This document shows positions 12,401 to 27,400 of a stretch of DNA of 39,596 nt, piece by piece. The DNA is taken from positions 1 through 39,596 of the forward strand of contig NIVC01002765.1 in NCBI GenBank assembly GCA_002269645.1, in the 5' to 3' direction. Under the pieces are notes generated by a model, which saw nothing but the letters and a program-made list of their open reading frames with translations, ran no database searches and was not told the origin of the DNA. Position numbers and translations under genes: made by a program. The first letter of the stretch is position 1, and each line of letters begins with the position of its first letter. Source of the DNA: Macrostomum lignano (lineage: Eukaryota).

Positions 12401-15400
12401 ATGACCTGAGGGTAGCTCCATCGATGAACCTGAGGGTAGCTCCATCGATGAACCTGAGGGTAGCTCCATCGATGAACCTGAGGGTAGCTCCATCGGATGA
12501 ACCTGAGGGTAGCTCCATCGATGAACCTGAGGGTAGCTCCATCGATGAACCTGAGGGTAGCTCCATCGATGACCTGAGGGTAGCTCCATCGAATGACCTG
12601 TGGGTAGCTCCATCGAATGACCTGTGGGTAGCTCCATCGAATGACCTGTGGGTAGCTCCATCGAATGACCTGTGGGTAGCTCCATCGAATGACCTGTGGG
12701 TAGCTCCATCGAATGACCTGTGGGTAGCTCCATCGAATGACCTGTGGGTAGCTCCATCGAATGACCTGTGGGTAGCTCCATCGAATGACCTGTGGGTAGC
12801 TCCATCGAATGACCTGTGGGTAGCTCCATCGAATGACCTGTGGGTAGCTCCATCGATGAACCTGAGGGTAGCTCCATCGATGAACCTGAGGGTAGCTCCA
12901 TCGATGAACCTGAGGGTAGCTCCATCGATGAACCTGAGGGTAGCTCCATCGATGAACCTGAGGGTAGCTCCATCGATGAACCTGAGGGTAGCTCCATCGA
13001 TGAACCTGAGGGTAGCTCCATCGATGAACCTGTGGGTAGCTCCATCGATGACCTGTGGGTAGCTCCATCGAATGACCTGTGGGTAGCTCCATCGAATGAC
13101 CTGTGGGTAGCTCCATCGAATGACCTGTGGGTAGCTCCATCGAATGACCTGTGGGTAGCTCCATCGATGAACCTGAGGGTAGCTCCATCGATGAACCTGA
13201 GGGTAGCTCCATCGATGAACCTGAGGGTAGCTCCATCGGATGAACCTGAGGGTAGCTCCATCGATGACCTGTGGGTAGCTCCATCGAATGACCTGTGGGT
13301 AGCTCCATCGAATGACCTGTGGGTAGCTCCATCGAATGACCTGTGGGTAGCTCCATCGAATGACCTGTGGGTAGCTCCATCGAATGACCTGTGGGTAGCT
13401 CCATCGAATGACCTGTGGGTAGCTCCATCGATGAACCTGAGGGTAGCTCCATCGATGAACCTGAGGGTAGCTCCATCGATGAACCTGAGGGTAGCTCCAT
13501 CGGATGAACCTGAGGGTAGCTCCATCGGATGAACCTGAGGGTAGCTCCATCGGATGAACCTGAGGGTAGCTCCATCGATGAACCTGAGGGTAGCTCCATC
13601 GAATGACCTGTGGGTAGCTCCATCGAATGACCTGTGGGTAGCTCCATCGAATGACCTGTGGGTAGCTCCATCGAATGACCTGTGGGTAGCTCCATCGAAT
13701 GACCTGTGGGTAGCTCCATCGAATGACCTGTGGGTAGCTCCATCGAATGACCTGTGGGTAGCTCCATCGAATGACCTGTGGGTAGCTCCATCGATGAACC
13801 TGAGGGTAGCTCCATCGGATGAACCTGAGGGTAGCTCCATCGGATGAACCTGAGGGTAGCTCCATCGGATGAACCTGAGGGTAGCTCCATCGATGACCTG
13901 TGGGTAGCTCCATCGAATGACCTGTGGGTAGCTCCATCGAATGACCTGTGGGTAGCTCCATCGAATGACCTGTGGGTAGCTCCATCGAATGACCTGTGGG
14001 TAGCTCCATCGAATGACCTGTGGGTAGCTCCATCGAATGACCTGTGGGTAGCTCCATCGAATGACCTGTGGGTAGCTCCATCGATGACCTGTGGGTAGCT
14101 CCATCGATGAACCTGAGGGTAGCTCCATCGATGAACCTGAGGGTAGCTCCATCGGATGAACCTGAGGGTAGCTCCATCGGATGAACCTGAGGGTAGCTCC
14201 ATCGGATGAACCTGAGGGTAGCTCCATCGATGAACCTGAGGGTAGCTCCATCGAATGACCTGTGGGTAGCTCCATCGAATGACCTGTGGGTAGCTCCATC
14301 GAATGACCTGTGGGTAGCTCCATCGAATGACCTGTGGGTAGCTCCATCGAATGACCTGTGGGTAGCTCCATCGAATGACCTGTGGGTAGCTCCATCGAAT
14401 GACCTGTGGGTAGCTCCATCGAATGACCTGTGGGTAGCTCCATCGAATGACCTGTGGGTAGCTCCATCGAATGAACCTGAGGGTAGCTCCATCGATGAAC
14501 CTGAGGGTAGCTCCATCGATGAACCTGAGGGTAGCTCCATCGGATGAACCTGAGGGTAGCTCCATCGGATGAACCTGAGGGTAGCTCCATCGATGAACCT
14601 GAGGGTAGCTCCATCGATGAACCTGAGGGTAGCTCCATCGATGACCTGTGGGTAGCTCCATCGAATGACCTGTGGGTAGCTCCATCGAATGACCTGTGGG
14701 TAGCTCCATCGAATGACCTGTGGGTAGCTCCATCGAATGACCTGTGGGTAGCTCCATCGAATGACCTGTGGGTAGCTCCATCGATGACCTGAGGGTAGCT
14801 CCATCGATGAACCTGAGGGTAGCTCCATCGGATGAACCTGAGGGTAGCTCCATCGGATGAACCTGAGGGTAGCTCCATCGGATGAACCTGAGGGTAGCTC
14901 CATCGGATGAACCTGAGGGTAGCTCCATCGATGAACCTGAGGGTAGCTCCATCGAATGACCTGTGGGTAGCTCCATCGAATGACCTGTGGGTAGCTCCAT
15001 CGAATGACCTGTGGGTAGCTCCATCGAATGACCTGTGGGTAGCTCCATCGAATGACCTGTGGGTAGCTCCATCGAATGACCTGTGGGTAGCTCCATCGAA
15101 TGACCTGTGGGTAGCTCCATCGAATGACCTGTGGGTAGCTCCATCGATGAACCTGAGGGTAGCTCCATCGATGAACCTGAGGGTAGCTCCATCGGATGAA
15201 CCTGAGGGTAGCTCCATCGATGACCTGAGGGTAGCTCCATCGATGACCTGTGGGTAGCTCCATCGAATGACCTGTGGGTAGCTCCATCGAATGACCTGTG
15301 GGTAGCTCCATCGAATGACCTGTGGGTAGCTCCATCGAATGACCTGTGGGTAGCTCCATCGAATGACCTGTGGGTAGCTCCATCGAATGACCTGTGGGTA

Positions 15401-18400
15401 GCTCCATCGAATGACCTGTGGGTAGCTCCATCGAATGACCTGTGGGTAGCTCCATCGATGAACCTGAGGGTAGCTCCATCGATGAACCTGAGGGTAGCTC
15501 CATCGGATGAACCTGAGGGTAGCTCCATCGATGACCTGTGGGTAGCTCCATCGAATGACCTGTGGGTAGCTCCATCGAATGACCTGAGGGTAGCTCCATC
15601 GATGAACCTGAGGGTAGCTCCATCGATGAACCTGAGGGTAGCTCCATCGATGAACCTGAGGGTAGCTCCATCGATGAACCTGAGGGTAGCTCCATCGATG
15701 ACCTGAGGGTAGCTCCATCGAATGACCTGTGGGTAGCTCCATCGAATGACCTGTGGGTAGCTCCATCGAATGACCTGTGGGTAGCTCCATCGAATGACCT
15801 GTGGGTAGCTCCATCGAATGACCTGTGGGTAGCTCCATCGAATGACCTGTGGGTAGCTCCATCGAATGACCTGTGGGTAGCTCCATCGAATGACCTGTGG
15901 GTAGCTCCATCGAATGACCTGTGGGTAGCTCCATCGATGAACCTGAGGGTAGCTCCATCGATGAACCTGAGGGTAGCTCCATCGATGAACCTGAGGGTAG
16001 CTCCATCGATGACCTGTGGGTAGCTCCATCGATGACCTGTGGGTAGCTCCATCGATGAACCTGAGGGTAGCTCCATCGATGAACCTGAGGGTAGCTCCAT
16101 CGATGAACCTGAGGGTAGCTCCATCGATGAACCTGAGGGTAGCTCCATCGATGACCTGTGGGTAGCTCCATCGATGACCTGTGGGTAGCTCCATCGAATG
16201 ACCTGTGGGTAGCTCCATCGAATGACCTGTGGGTAGCTCCATCGAATGACCTGTGGGTAGCTCCATCGAATGACCTGTGGGTAGCTCCATCGAATGACCT
16301 GTGGGTAGCTCCATCGAATGACCTGTGGGTAGCTCCATCGAATGACCTGTGGGTAGCTCCATCGAATGACCTGTGGGTAGCTCCATCGAATGACCTGTGG
16401 GTAGCTCCATCGAATGACCTGTGGGTAGCTCCATCGAATGACCTGTGGGTAGCTCCATCGAATGACCTGTGGGTAGCTCCATCGATGAACCTGAGGGTAG
16501 CTCCATCGATGAACCTGAGGGTAGCTCCATCGAATGACCTGTGGGTAGCTCCATCGAATGACCTGTGGGTAGCTCCATCGAATGACCTGTGGGTAGCTCC
16601 ATCGAATGACCTGTGGGTAGCTCCATCGAATGACCTGTGGGTAGCTCCATCGAATGACCTGTGGGTAGCTCCATCGAATGACCTGTGGGTAGCTCCATCG
16701 AATGACCTGTGGGTAGCTCCATCGATGAACCTGAGGGTAGCTCCATCGATGAACCTGAGGGTAGCTCCATCGATGAACCTGAGGGTAGCTCCATCGGATG
16801 AACCTGAGGGTAGCTCCATCGGATGAACCTGAGGGTAGCTCCATCGGATGAACCTGAGGGTAGCTCCATCGATGAACCTGAGGGTAGCTCCATCGATGAA
16901 CCTGAGGGTAGCTCCATCGAATGACCTGTGGGTAGCTCCATCGAATGACCTGTGGGTAGCTCCATCGAATGACCTGTGGGTAGCTCCATCGAATGACCTG
17001 TGGGTAGCTCCATCGAATGACCTGTGGGTAGCTCCATCGAATGACCTGTGGGTAGCTCCATCGATGAACCTGAGGGTAGCTCCATCGATGAACCTGAGGG
17101 TAGCTCCATCGGATGAACCTGAGGGTAGCTCCATCGATGAACCTGAGGGTAGCTCCATCGGATGAACCTGAGGGTAGCTCCATCGGATGAACCTGAGGGT
17201 AGCTCCATCGATGAACCTGAGGGTAGCTCCATCGATGAACCTGAGGGTAGCTCCATCGAATGACCTGTGGGTAGCTCCATCGAATGACCTGTGGGTAGCT
17301 CCATCGAATGACCTGTGGGTAGCTCCATCGAATGACCTGTGGGTAGCTCCATCGAATGACCTGTGGGTAGCTCCATCGAATGACCTGTGGGTAGCTCCAT
17401 CGAATGACCTGTGGGTAGCTCCATCGAATGACCTGTGGGTAGCTCCATCGAATGACCTGTGGGTAGCTCCATCGATGACCTGTGGGTAGCTCCATCGAAT
17501 GAACCTGAGGGTAGCTCCATCGATGAACCTGAGGGTAGCTCCATCGGATGAACCTGAGGGTAGCTCCATCGATGAACCTGAGGGTAGCTCCATCGATGAA
17601 CCTGAGGGTAGCTCCATCGATGAACCTGAGGGTAGCTCCATCGATGAACCTGAGGGTAGCTCCATCGAATGACCTGTGGGTAGCTCCATCGAATGACCTG
17701 TGGGTAGCTCCATCGATGAACCTGAGGGTAGCTCCATCGATGAACCTGAGGGTAGCTCCATCGATGAACTGAGGGTAGCTCCATCGATGAACCTGTGGGT
17801 AGCTCCATCGAGACCTGTGGGTAGCTCCATCGAATGACCTGTGGGTAGCTCCATCGAATGACCTGTGGGTAGCTCCATCGAATGACCTGTGGGTAGCTCC
17901 ATCGAATGACCTGTGGGTAGCTCCATCGGATGAACCTGAGGGTAGCTCCATCGGATGAACCTGAGGGTAGCTCCATCGGATGAACCTGAGGGTAGCTCCA
18001 TCGATGAACCTGAGGGTAGCTCCATCGATGACCTGTGGGTAGCTCCATCGAATGACCTGTGGGTAGCTCCATCGAATGACCTGTGGGTAGCTCCATCGAA
18101 TGACCTGTGGGTAGCTCCATCGAATGACCTGTGGGTAGCTCCATCGAATGACCTGTGGGTAGCTCCATCGAATGACCTGTGGGTAGCTCCATCGATGAAC
18201 CTGAGGGTAGCTCCATCGATGAACCTGAGGGTAGCTCCATCGATGAACCTGAGGGTAGCTCCATCGGATGAACCTGAGGGTAGCTCCATCGGATGAACCT
18301 GAGGGTAGCTCCATCGATGAACCTGAGGGTAGCTCCATCGATGAACCTGAGGGTAGCTCCATCGAATGACCTGTGGGTAGCTCCATCGAATGACCTGTGG

Positions 18401-21400
18401 GTAGCTCCATCGAATGACCTGTGGGTAGCTCCATCGAATGACCTGTGGGTAGCTCCATCGAATGACCTGTGGGTAGCTCCATCGAATGACCTGTGGGTAG
18501 CTCCATCGAATGACCTGTGGGTAGCTCCATCGAATGACCTGTGGGTAGCTCCATCGATGAACCTGAGGTAGCTCCATCGGATGAACCTGAGGGTAGCTCC
18601 ATCGGATGAACCTGAGGGTAGCTCCATCGGATGAACCTGAGGGTAGCTCCATCGAATGACCTGTGGGTAGCTCCATCGAATGACCTGTGGGTAGCTCCAT
18701 CGAATGACCTGTGGGTAGCTCCATCGAATGACCTGTGGGTAGCTCCATCGAATGACCTGTGGGTAGCTCCATCGAATGACCTGTGGGTAGCTCCATCGAA
18801 TGACCTGTGGGTAGCTCCATCGAATGACCTGTGGGTAGCTCCATCGATGACCTGTGGGTAGCTCCATCGATGAACCTGAGGGTAGCTCCATCGGATGAAC
18901 CTGAGGGTAGCTCCATCGGATGAACCTGAGGGTAGCTCCATCGATGAACCTGAGGGTAGCTCCATCGATGAACCTGAGGGTAGCTCCATCGATGAACCTG
19001 AGGGTAGCTCCATCGAATGACCTGTGGGTAGCTCCATCGAATGACCTGTGGGTAGCTCCATCGAATGACCTGTGGGTAGCTCCATCGAATGACCTGTGGG
19101 TAGCTCCATCGAATGACCTGTGGGTAGCTCCATCGAATGACCTGTGGGTAGCTCCATCGAATGACCTGTGGGTAGCTCCATCGAATGACCTGTGGGTAGC
19201 TCCATCGAATGACCTGTGGGTAGCTCCATCGATGAACCTGAGGGTAGCTCCATCGGATGAACCTGAGGGTAGCTCCATCGATGAACCTGAGGGTAGCTCC
19301 ATCGGATGAACCTGAGGGTAGCTCCATCGATGAACCTGAGGGTAGCTCCATCGATGAACCTGAGGGTAGCTCCATCGATGAACCTGAGGGTAGCTCCATC
19401 GAATGACCTGTGGGTAGCTCCATCGAATGACCTGTGGGTAGCTCCATCGAATGACCTGTGGGTAGCTCCATCGAATGACCTGTGGGTAGCTCCATCGAAT
19501 GACCTGTGGGTAGCTCCATCGAATGACCTGTGGGTAGCTCCATCGAATGACCTGTGGGTAGCTCCATCGAATGACCTGTGGGTAGCTCCATCGATGAACC
19601 TGAGGGTAGCTCCATCGATGAACCTGAGGGTAGCTCCATCGGATGAACCTGAGGGTAGCTCCATCGATGACCTGAGGGTAGCTCCATCGAATGACCTGTG
19701 GGTAGCTCCATCGAATGACCTGTGGGTAGCTCCATCGAATGACCTGTGGGTAGCTCCATCGAATGACCTGTGGGTAGCTCCATCGAATGACCTGTGGGTA
19801 GCTCCATCGAATGACCTGTGGGTAGCTCCATCGAATGACCTGTGGGTAGCTCCATCGAATGACCTGTGGGTAGCTCCATCGATGAACCTGAGGGTAGCTC
19901 CATCGATGAACCTGAGGGTAGCTCCATCGGATGAACCTGAGGGTAGCTCCATCGGATGAACCTGAGGGTAGCTCCATCGATGAACCTGAGGGTAGCTCCA
20001 TCGGATGAACCTGAGGGTAGCTCCATCGAATGACCTGTGGGTAGCTCCATCGAATGACCTGTGGGTAGCTCCATCGAATGACCTGTGGGTAGCTCCATCG
20101 AATGACCTGTGGGTAGCTCCATCGAATGACCTGTGGGTAGCTCCATCGAATGACCTGTGGGTAGCTCCATCGAATGACCTGTGGGTAGCTCCATCGAATG
20201 ACCTGTGGGTAGCTCCATCGATGACCTGAGGGTAGCTCCATCGATGAACCTGAGGGTAGCTCCATCGATGAACCTGAGGGTAGCTCCATCGATGAACCTG
20301 AGGGTAGCTCCATCGATGAACCTGAGGGTAGCTCCATCGATGAACCTGAGGGTAGCTCCATCGATGAACCTGAGGGTAGCTCCATCGATGAACCTGAGGG
20401 TAGCTCCATCGAATGACCTGTGGGTAGCTCCATCGAATGACCTGTGGGTAGCTCCATCGAATGACCTGTGGGTAGCTCCATCGAATGACCTGTGGGTAGC
20501 TCCATCGAATGACCTGTGGGTAGCTCCATCGAATGACCTGTGGGTAGCTCCATCGAATGACCTGTGGGTAGCTCCATCGAATGACCTGTGGGTAGCTCCA
20601 TCGAATGACCTGTGGGTAGCTCCATCGATGACCTGTGGGTAGCTCCATCGAATGACCTGTGGGTAGCTCCATCGAATGACCTGAGGGTAGCTCCATCGAT
20701 GAACCTGAGGGTAGCTCCATCGATGAACCTGAGGGTAGCTCCATCGGATGAACCTGAGGGTAGCTCCATCGATGAACCTGAGGGTAGCTCCATCGATGAA
20801 CCTGAGGGTAGCTCCATCGATGACCTGTGGGTAGCTCCATCGAATGACCTGTGGGTAGCTCCATCGAATGACCTGTGGGTAGCTCCATCGAATGACCTGT
20901 GGGTAGCTCCATCGATGACCTGAGGGTAGCTCCATCGATGAACCTGAGGGTAGCTCCATCGATGACCTGTGGGTAGCTCCATCGAGACCTGTGGGTAGCT
21001 CCATCGAATGACCTGTGGGTAGCTCCATCGAATGACCTGTGGGTAGCTCCATCGAATGACCTGTGGGTAGCTCCATCGATGAACCTGAGGGTAGCTCCAT
21101 CGATGAACCTGAGGGTAGCTCCATCGGATGAACCTGAGGGTAGCTCCATCGATGAACCTGAGGGTAGCTCCATCGATGACCTGTGGGTAGCTCCATCGAA
21201 TGACCTGTGGGTAGCTCCATCGAATGACCTGTGGGTAGCTCCATCGAATGACCTGTGGGTAGCTCCATCGAATGACCTGTGGGTAGCTCCATCGAATGAC
21301 CTGTGGGTAGCTCCATCGAATGACCTGTGGGTAGCTCCATCGATGACCTGAGGGTAGCTCCATCGATGAACCTGAGGGTAGCTCCATCGATGAACCTGAG

Positions 21401-24400
21401 GGTAGCTCCATCGATGAACCTGAGGGTAGCTCCATCGGATGAACCTGAGGGTAGCTCCATCGATGAACCTGAGGGTAGCTCCATCGATGAACCTGAGGGT
21501 AGCTCCATCGAATGACCTGTGGGTAGCTCCATCGAATGACCTGTGGGTAGCTCCATCGAATGACCTGTGGGTAGCTCCATCGAATGACCTGTGGGTAGCT
21601 CCATCGAATGACCTGTGGGTAGCTCCATCGAATGACCTGTGGGTAGCTCCATCGAATGACCTGTGGGTAGCTCCATCGAATGACCTGTGGGTAGCTCCAT
21701 CGATGAACCTGAGGGTAGCTCCATCGGATGAACCTGAGGGTAGCTCCATCGGATGAACCTGAGGGTAGCTCCATCGGATGAACCTGAGGGTAGCTCCATC
21801 GATGACCTGAGGGTAGCTCCATCGAATGACCGTGGGTAGCTCCATCGAATGACCTGTGGGTAGCTCCATCGAATGACCTGTGGGTAGCTCCATCGAATGA
21901 CCTGTGGGTAGCTCCATCGAATGACCTGTGGGTAGCTCCATCGAATGACCTGTGGGTAGCTCCATCGAATGACCTGTGGGTAGCTCCATCGAATGACCTG
22001 TGGGTAGCTCCATCGATGACCTGAGGGTAGCTCCATCGATGAACCTGAGGGTAGCTCCATCGGATGAACCTGAGGGTAGCTCCATCGGATGAACCTGAGG
22101 GTAGCTCCATCGGATGAACCTGAGGGTAGCTCCATCGGATGAACCTGAGGGTAGCTCCATCGAATGACCTGTGGGTAGCTCCATCGAATGACCTGTGGGT
22201 AGCTCCATCGAATGACCTGTGGGTAGCTCCATCGAATGACCTGTGGGTAGCTCCATCGAATGACCTGTGGGTAGCTCCATCGAATGACCTGTGGGTAGCT
22301 CCATCGAATGACCTGTGGGTAGCTCCATCGAATGACCTGTGGGTAGCTCCATCGAATGACCTGTGGGTAGCTCCATCGATGAACCTGAGGGTAGCTCCAT
22401 CGATGAACCTGAGGGTAGCTCCATCGATGAACCTGAGGGTAGCTCCATCGATGAACCTGAGGGTAGCTCCATCGATGAACCTGAGGGTAGCTCCATCGAT
22501 GAATCTGAGGGTAGCTCCATCGATGAACCTGAGGGTAGCTCCATCGATGAACCTGAGGGTAGCTCCATCGAATGACCTGTGGGTAGCTCCATCGAATGAC
22601 CTGTGGGTAGCTCCATCGAATGACCTGTGGGTAGCTCCATCGAATGACCTGTGGGTAGCTCCATCGAATGACCTGTGGGTAGCTCCATCGAATGACCTGT
22701 GGGTAGCTCCATCGAATGACCTGTGGGTAGCTCCATCGATGAACCTGAGGGTAGCTCCATCGGATGAACCTGAGGGTAGCTCCATCGGATGAACCTGAGG
22801 GTAGCTCCATCGATGACCTGTGGGTAGCTCCATCGAATGACCTGTGGGTAGCTCCATCGAATGACCTGTGGGTAGCTCCATCGAATGACCTGTGGGTAGC
22901 TCCATCGAATGACCTGTGGGTAGCTCCATCGAATGACCTGTGGGTAGCTCCATCGATGAACCTGAGGGTAGCTCCATCGATGAACCTGAGGGTAGCTCCA
23001 TCGATGAACCTGAGGGTAGCTCCATCGATGAACCTGAGGGTAGCTCCATCGATGACCTGTGGGTAGCTCCATCGAATGACCTGTGGGTAGCTCCATCGAA
23101 TGACCTGTGGGTAGCTCCATCGAATGACCTGTGGGTAGCTCCATCGAATGACCTGTGGGTAGCTCCATCGAATGACCTGTGGGTAGCTCCATCGAATGAC
23201 CTGTGGGTAGCTCCATCGATGAACCTGAGGGTAGCTCCATCGATGAACCTGAGGGTAGCTCCATCGATGAACCTGAGGGTAGCTCCATCGATGAACCTGA
23301 GGGTAGCTCCATCGGATGAACCTGAGGGTAGCTCCATCGGATGAACCTGAGGGTAGCTCCATCGATGAACCTGAGGGTAGCTCCATCGAATGACCTGTGG
23401 GTAGCTCCATCGAATGACCTGTGGGTAGCTCCATCGAATGACCTGTGGGTAGCTCCATCGAATGACCTGTGGGTAGCTCCATCGAATGACCTGTGGGTAG
23501 CTCCATCGAATGACCTGTGGGTAGCTCCATCGAATGACCTGTGGGTAGCTCCATCGAATGACCTGTGGGTAGCTCCATCGATGAACCTGAGGGTAGCTCC
23601 ATCGGATGAACCTGAGGTAGCTCCATCGGATGAACTGAGGGTAGCTCCATCGGATGAACCTGAGGGTAGCTCCATCGGATGACCTGTGGGTAGCTCCATC
23701 GAATGACCGTGGGTAGCTCCATCGAATGACCTGTGGTAGCTCCATCGAATGACCTGTGGGTAGCTCCATCGAATGACCTGTGGGTAGCTCCATCGAATGA
23801 CCTGTGGGTAGCTCCATCGAATGACCTGTGGGTAGCTCCATCGAATGACCTGTGGGTAGCTCCATCGAGACCTGTGGGTAGCTCCATCGATGAACCTGAG
23901 GGTAGCTCCATCGATGAACCTGAGGGTAGCTCCATCGGATGAACCTGAGGGTAGCTCCATCGGATGAACCTGAGGGTAGCTCCATCGGATGAACCTGAGG
24001 GTAGCTCCATCGGATGAATCTGAGGGTAGCTCCATCGAATGACCTGTGGGTAGCTCCATCGAATGACCTGTGGGTAGCTCCATCGAATGACCTGTGGGTA
24101 GCTCCATCGAATGACCTGTGGGTAGCTCCATCGAATGACCTGTGGGTAGCTCCATCGAATGACCTGTGGGTAGCTCCATCGAATGACCTGTGGGTAGCTC
24201 CATCGAATGACCTGTGGGTAGCTCCATCGAATGACCTGTGGGTAGCTCCATCGATGAACCTGAGGGTAGCTCCATCGATGAACCTGAGGGTAGCTCCATC
24301 GATGAACCTGAGGGTAGCTCCATCGGATGAACCTGAGGGTAGCTCCATCGGATGAACCTGAGGGTAGCTCCATCGATGAACCTGAGGGTAGCTCCATCGA

Positions 24401-27400
24401 TGACCTGAGGGTAGCTCCATCGATGATCTGAGGGTAGCTCCATCGAATGACCTGTGGGTAGCTCCATCGAATGACCTGTGGGTAGCTCCATCGAATGACC
24501 TGTGGGTAGCTCCATCGAATGACCTGTGGGTAGCTCCATCGAATGACCTGTGGGTAGCTCCATCGAATGACCTGTGGGTAGCTCCATCGAATGACCTGTG
24601 GGTAGCTCCATCGATGAACCTGAGGGTAGCTCCATCGGATGAACCTGAGGGTAGCTCCATCGGATGAACCTGAGGGTAGCTCCATCGGATGACCTGTGGG
24701 TAGCTCCATCGAATGACCGTGGGTAGCTCCATCGAATGACCTGTGGTAGCTCCATCGAATGACCTGTGGGTAGCTCCATCGAATGACCTGTGGGTAGCTC
24801 CATCGAATGACCTGTGGGTAGCTCCATCGAATGACCTGTGGGTAGCTCCATCGAATGACCTGTGGGTAGCTCCATCGATGACCTGTGGGTAGCTCCATCG
24901 AATGACCTGTGGGTAGCTCCATCGAATGAACCTGAGGGTAGCTCCATCGGATGAACCTGAGGGTAGCTCCATCGATGAACCTGAGGGTAGCTCCATCGGA
25001 TGAACCTGAGGGTAGCTCCATCGATGAACCTGAGGGTAGCTCCATCGATGAACCTGAGGGTAGCTCCATCGATGAACCTGTGAGTAGCTCCATCGAATGA
25101 CCTGTGGGTAGCTCCATCGATGAACCTGAGGGTAGCTCCATCGATGAACCTGTGGGTAGCTCCATCGATGAACCTGAGGGTAGCTCCATCGAATCTGAGG
25201 GTAGCTCCATCGAGACCTGTGGGTAGCTCCATCGATGACCTGTGGGTAGCTCCATCGAATGACCTGTGGGTAGCTCCATCGAATGACCTGTGGGTAGCTC
25301 CATCGAATGACCTGTGGGTAGCTCCATCGAATGACCTGTGGGTAGCTCCATCGAATGACCTGTGGGTAGCTCCATCGAATGACCTGTGGGTAGCTCCATC
25401 GATGAACCTGAGGGTAGCTCCATCGATGAACCTGAGGGTAGCTCCATCGATGAACCTGAGGGTAGCTCCATCGATGAACCTGAGGGTAGCTCCATCGATG
25501 ACCTGTGGGTAGCTCCATCGAATGACCTGTGGGTAGCTCCATCGAATGACCTGTGGGTAGCTCCATCGAATGACCTGTGGGTAGCTCCATCGAATGACCT
25601 GTGGGTAGCTCCATCGATGAACCTGAGGGTAGCTCCATCGATGAACCTGAGGGTAGCTCCATCGATGAACCTGAGGGTAGCTCCATCGATGAACTGAGGG
25701 TAGCTCCATCGAGACCTGTGGGTAGCTCCATCGATGACCTGTGGGTAGCTCCATCGAATGACCTGTGGGTAGCTCCATCGAATGACCTGTGGGTAGCTCC
25801 ATCGAATGACCTGTGGGTAGCTCCATCGATGAACCTGAGGGTAGCTCCATCGAATGAACCTGAGGGTAGCTCCATCGATGAACCTGAGGGTAGCTCCATC
25901 GATGAACCTGAGGGTAGCTCCATCGATGAACCTGAGGGTAGCTCCATCGATGAACCTGAGGTAGCTCCATCGATGAATCTGAGGGTAGCTCCATCGATGA
26001 ACCTGAGGGTAGCTCCATCGATGAACCTGAGGGTAGCTCCATCGATGACCTGTGGGTAGCTCCATCGAATGACCTGTGGGTAGCTCCATCGAATGACCTG
26101 TGGGTAGCTCCATCGAATGACCTGTGGGTAGCTCCATCGAATGACCTGTGGGTAGCTCCATCGAATGACCTGTGGGTAGCTCCATCGAATGACCTGTGGG
26201 TAGCTCCATCGAATGACCTGTGGGTAGCTCCATCGATGAACCTGAGGGTAGCTCCATCGATGAACCTGAGGGTAGCTCCATCGGATGAACCTGAGGGTAG
26301 CTCCATCGGATGAACCTGAGGGTAGCTCCATCGATGAACCTGAGGGTAGCTCCATCGATGAACCTGAGGGTAGCTCCATCGATGAACCTGAGGGTAGCTC
26401 CATCGAATGACCTGTGGGTAGCTCCATCGAATGACCTGTGGGTAGCTCCATCGAATGACCTGTGGGTAGCTCCATCGAATGACCTGTGGGTAGCTCCATC
26501 GAATGACCTGTGGGTAGCTCCATCGAATGACCTGTGGGTAGCTCCATCGAATGACCTGTGGGTAGCTCCATCGAATGACCTGTGGGTAGCTCCATCGATG
26601 AACCTGAGGGTAGCTCCATCGATGAACCTGAGGGTAGCTCCATCGATGAACCTGAGGGTAGCTCCATCGATGAACCTGAGGGTAGCTCCATCGATGAACC
26701 TGAGGGTAGCTCCATCGGATGAACCTGAGGGTAGCTCCATCGATGAATCTGAGGGTAGCTCCATCGATGAACCTGAGGGTAGCTCCATCGAATGACCTGT
26801 GGGTAGCTCCATCGAATGACCTGTGGGTAGCTCCATCGAATGACCTGTGGGTAGCTCCATCGAATGACCTGTGGGTAGCTCCATCGAATGACCTGTGGGT
26901 AGCTCCATCGAATGACCTGTGGGTAGCTCCATCGAATGACCTGTGGGTAGCTCCATCGAATGACCTGTGGGTAGCTCCATCGAATGACCTGTGGGTAGCT
27001 CCATCGATGACCTGTGGGTAGCTCCATCGAATGACCTGTGGGTAGCTCCATCGAATGAACCTGAGGGTAGCTCCATCGATGAACCTGAGGGTAGCTCCAT
27101 CGGATGAACCTGAGGGTAGCTCCATCGATGAACCTGAGGGTAGCTCCATCGATGAACCTGAGGGTAGCTCCATCGATGAACCTGAGGGTAGCTCCATCGA
27201 TGACCTGTGGTAGCTCCATCGAATGACCTGTGGGTAGCTCCATCGATGAACCTGAGGGTAGCTCCATCGATGACCTGAGGGTAGCTCCATCGATGATCTG
27301 AGGGTAGCTCCATCGATGAACCTGAGGGTAGCTCCATCGAGACCTGTGGGTAGCTCCATCGATGACCTGTGGGTAGCTCCATCGAATGACCTGTGGGTAG

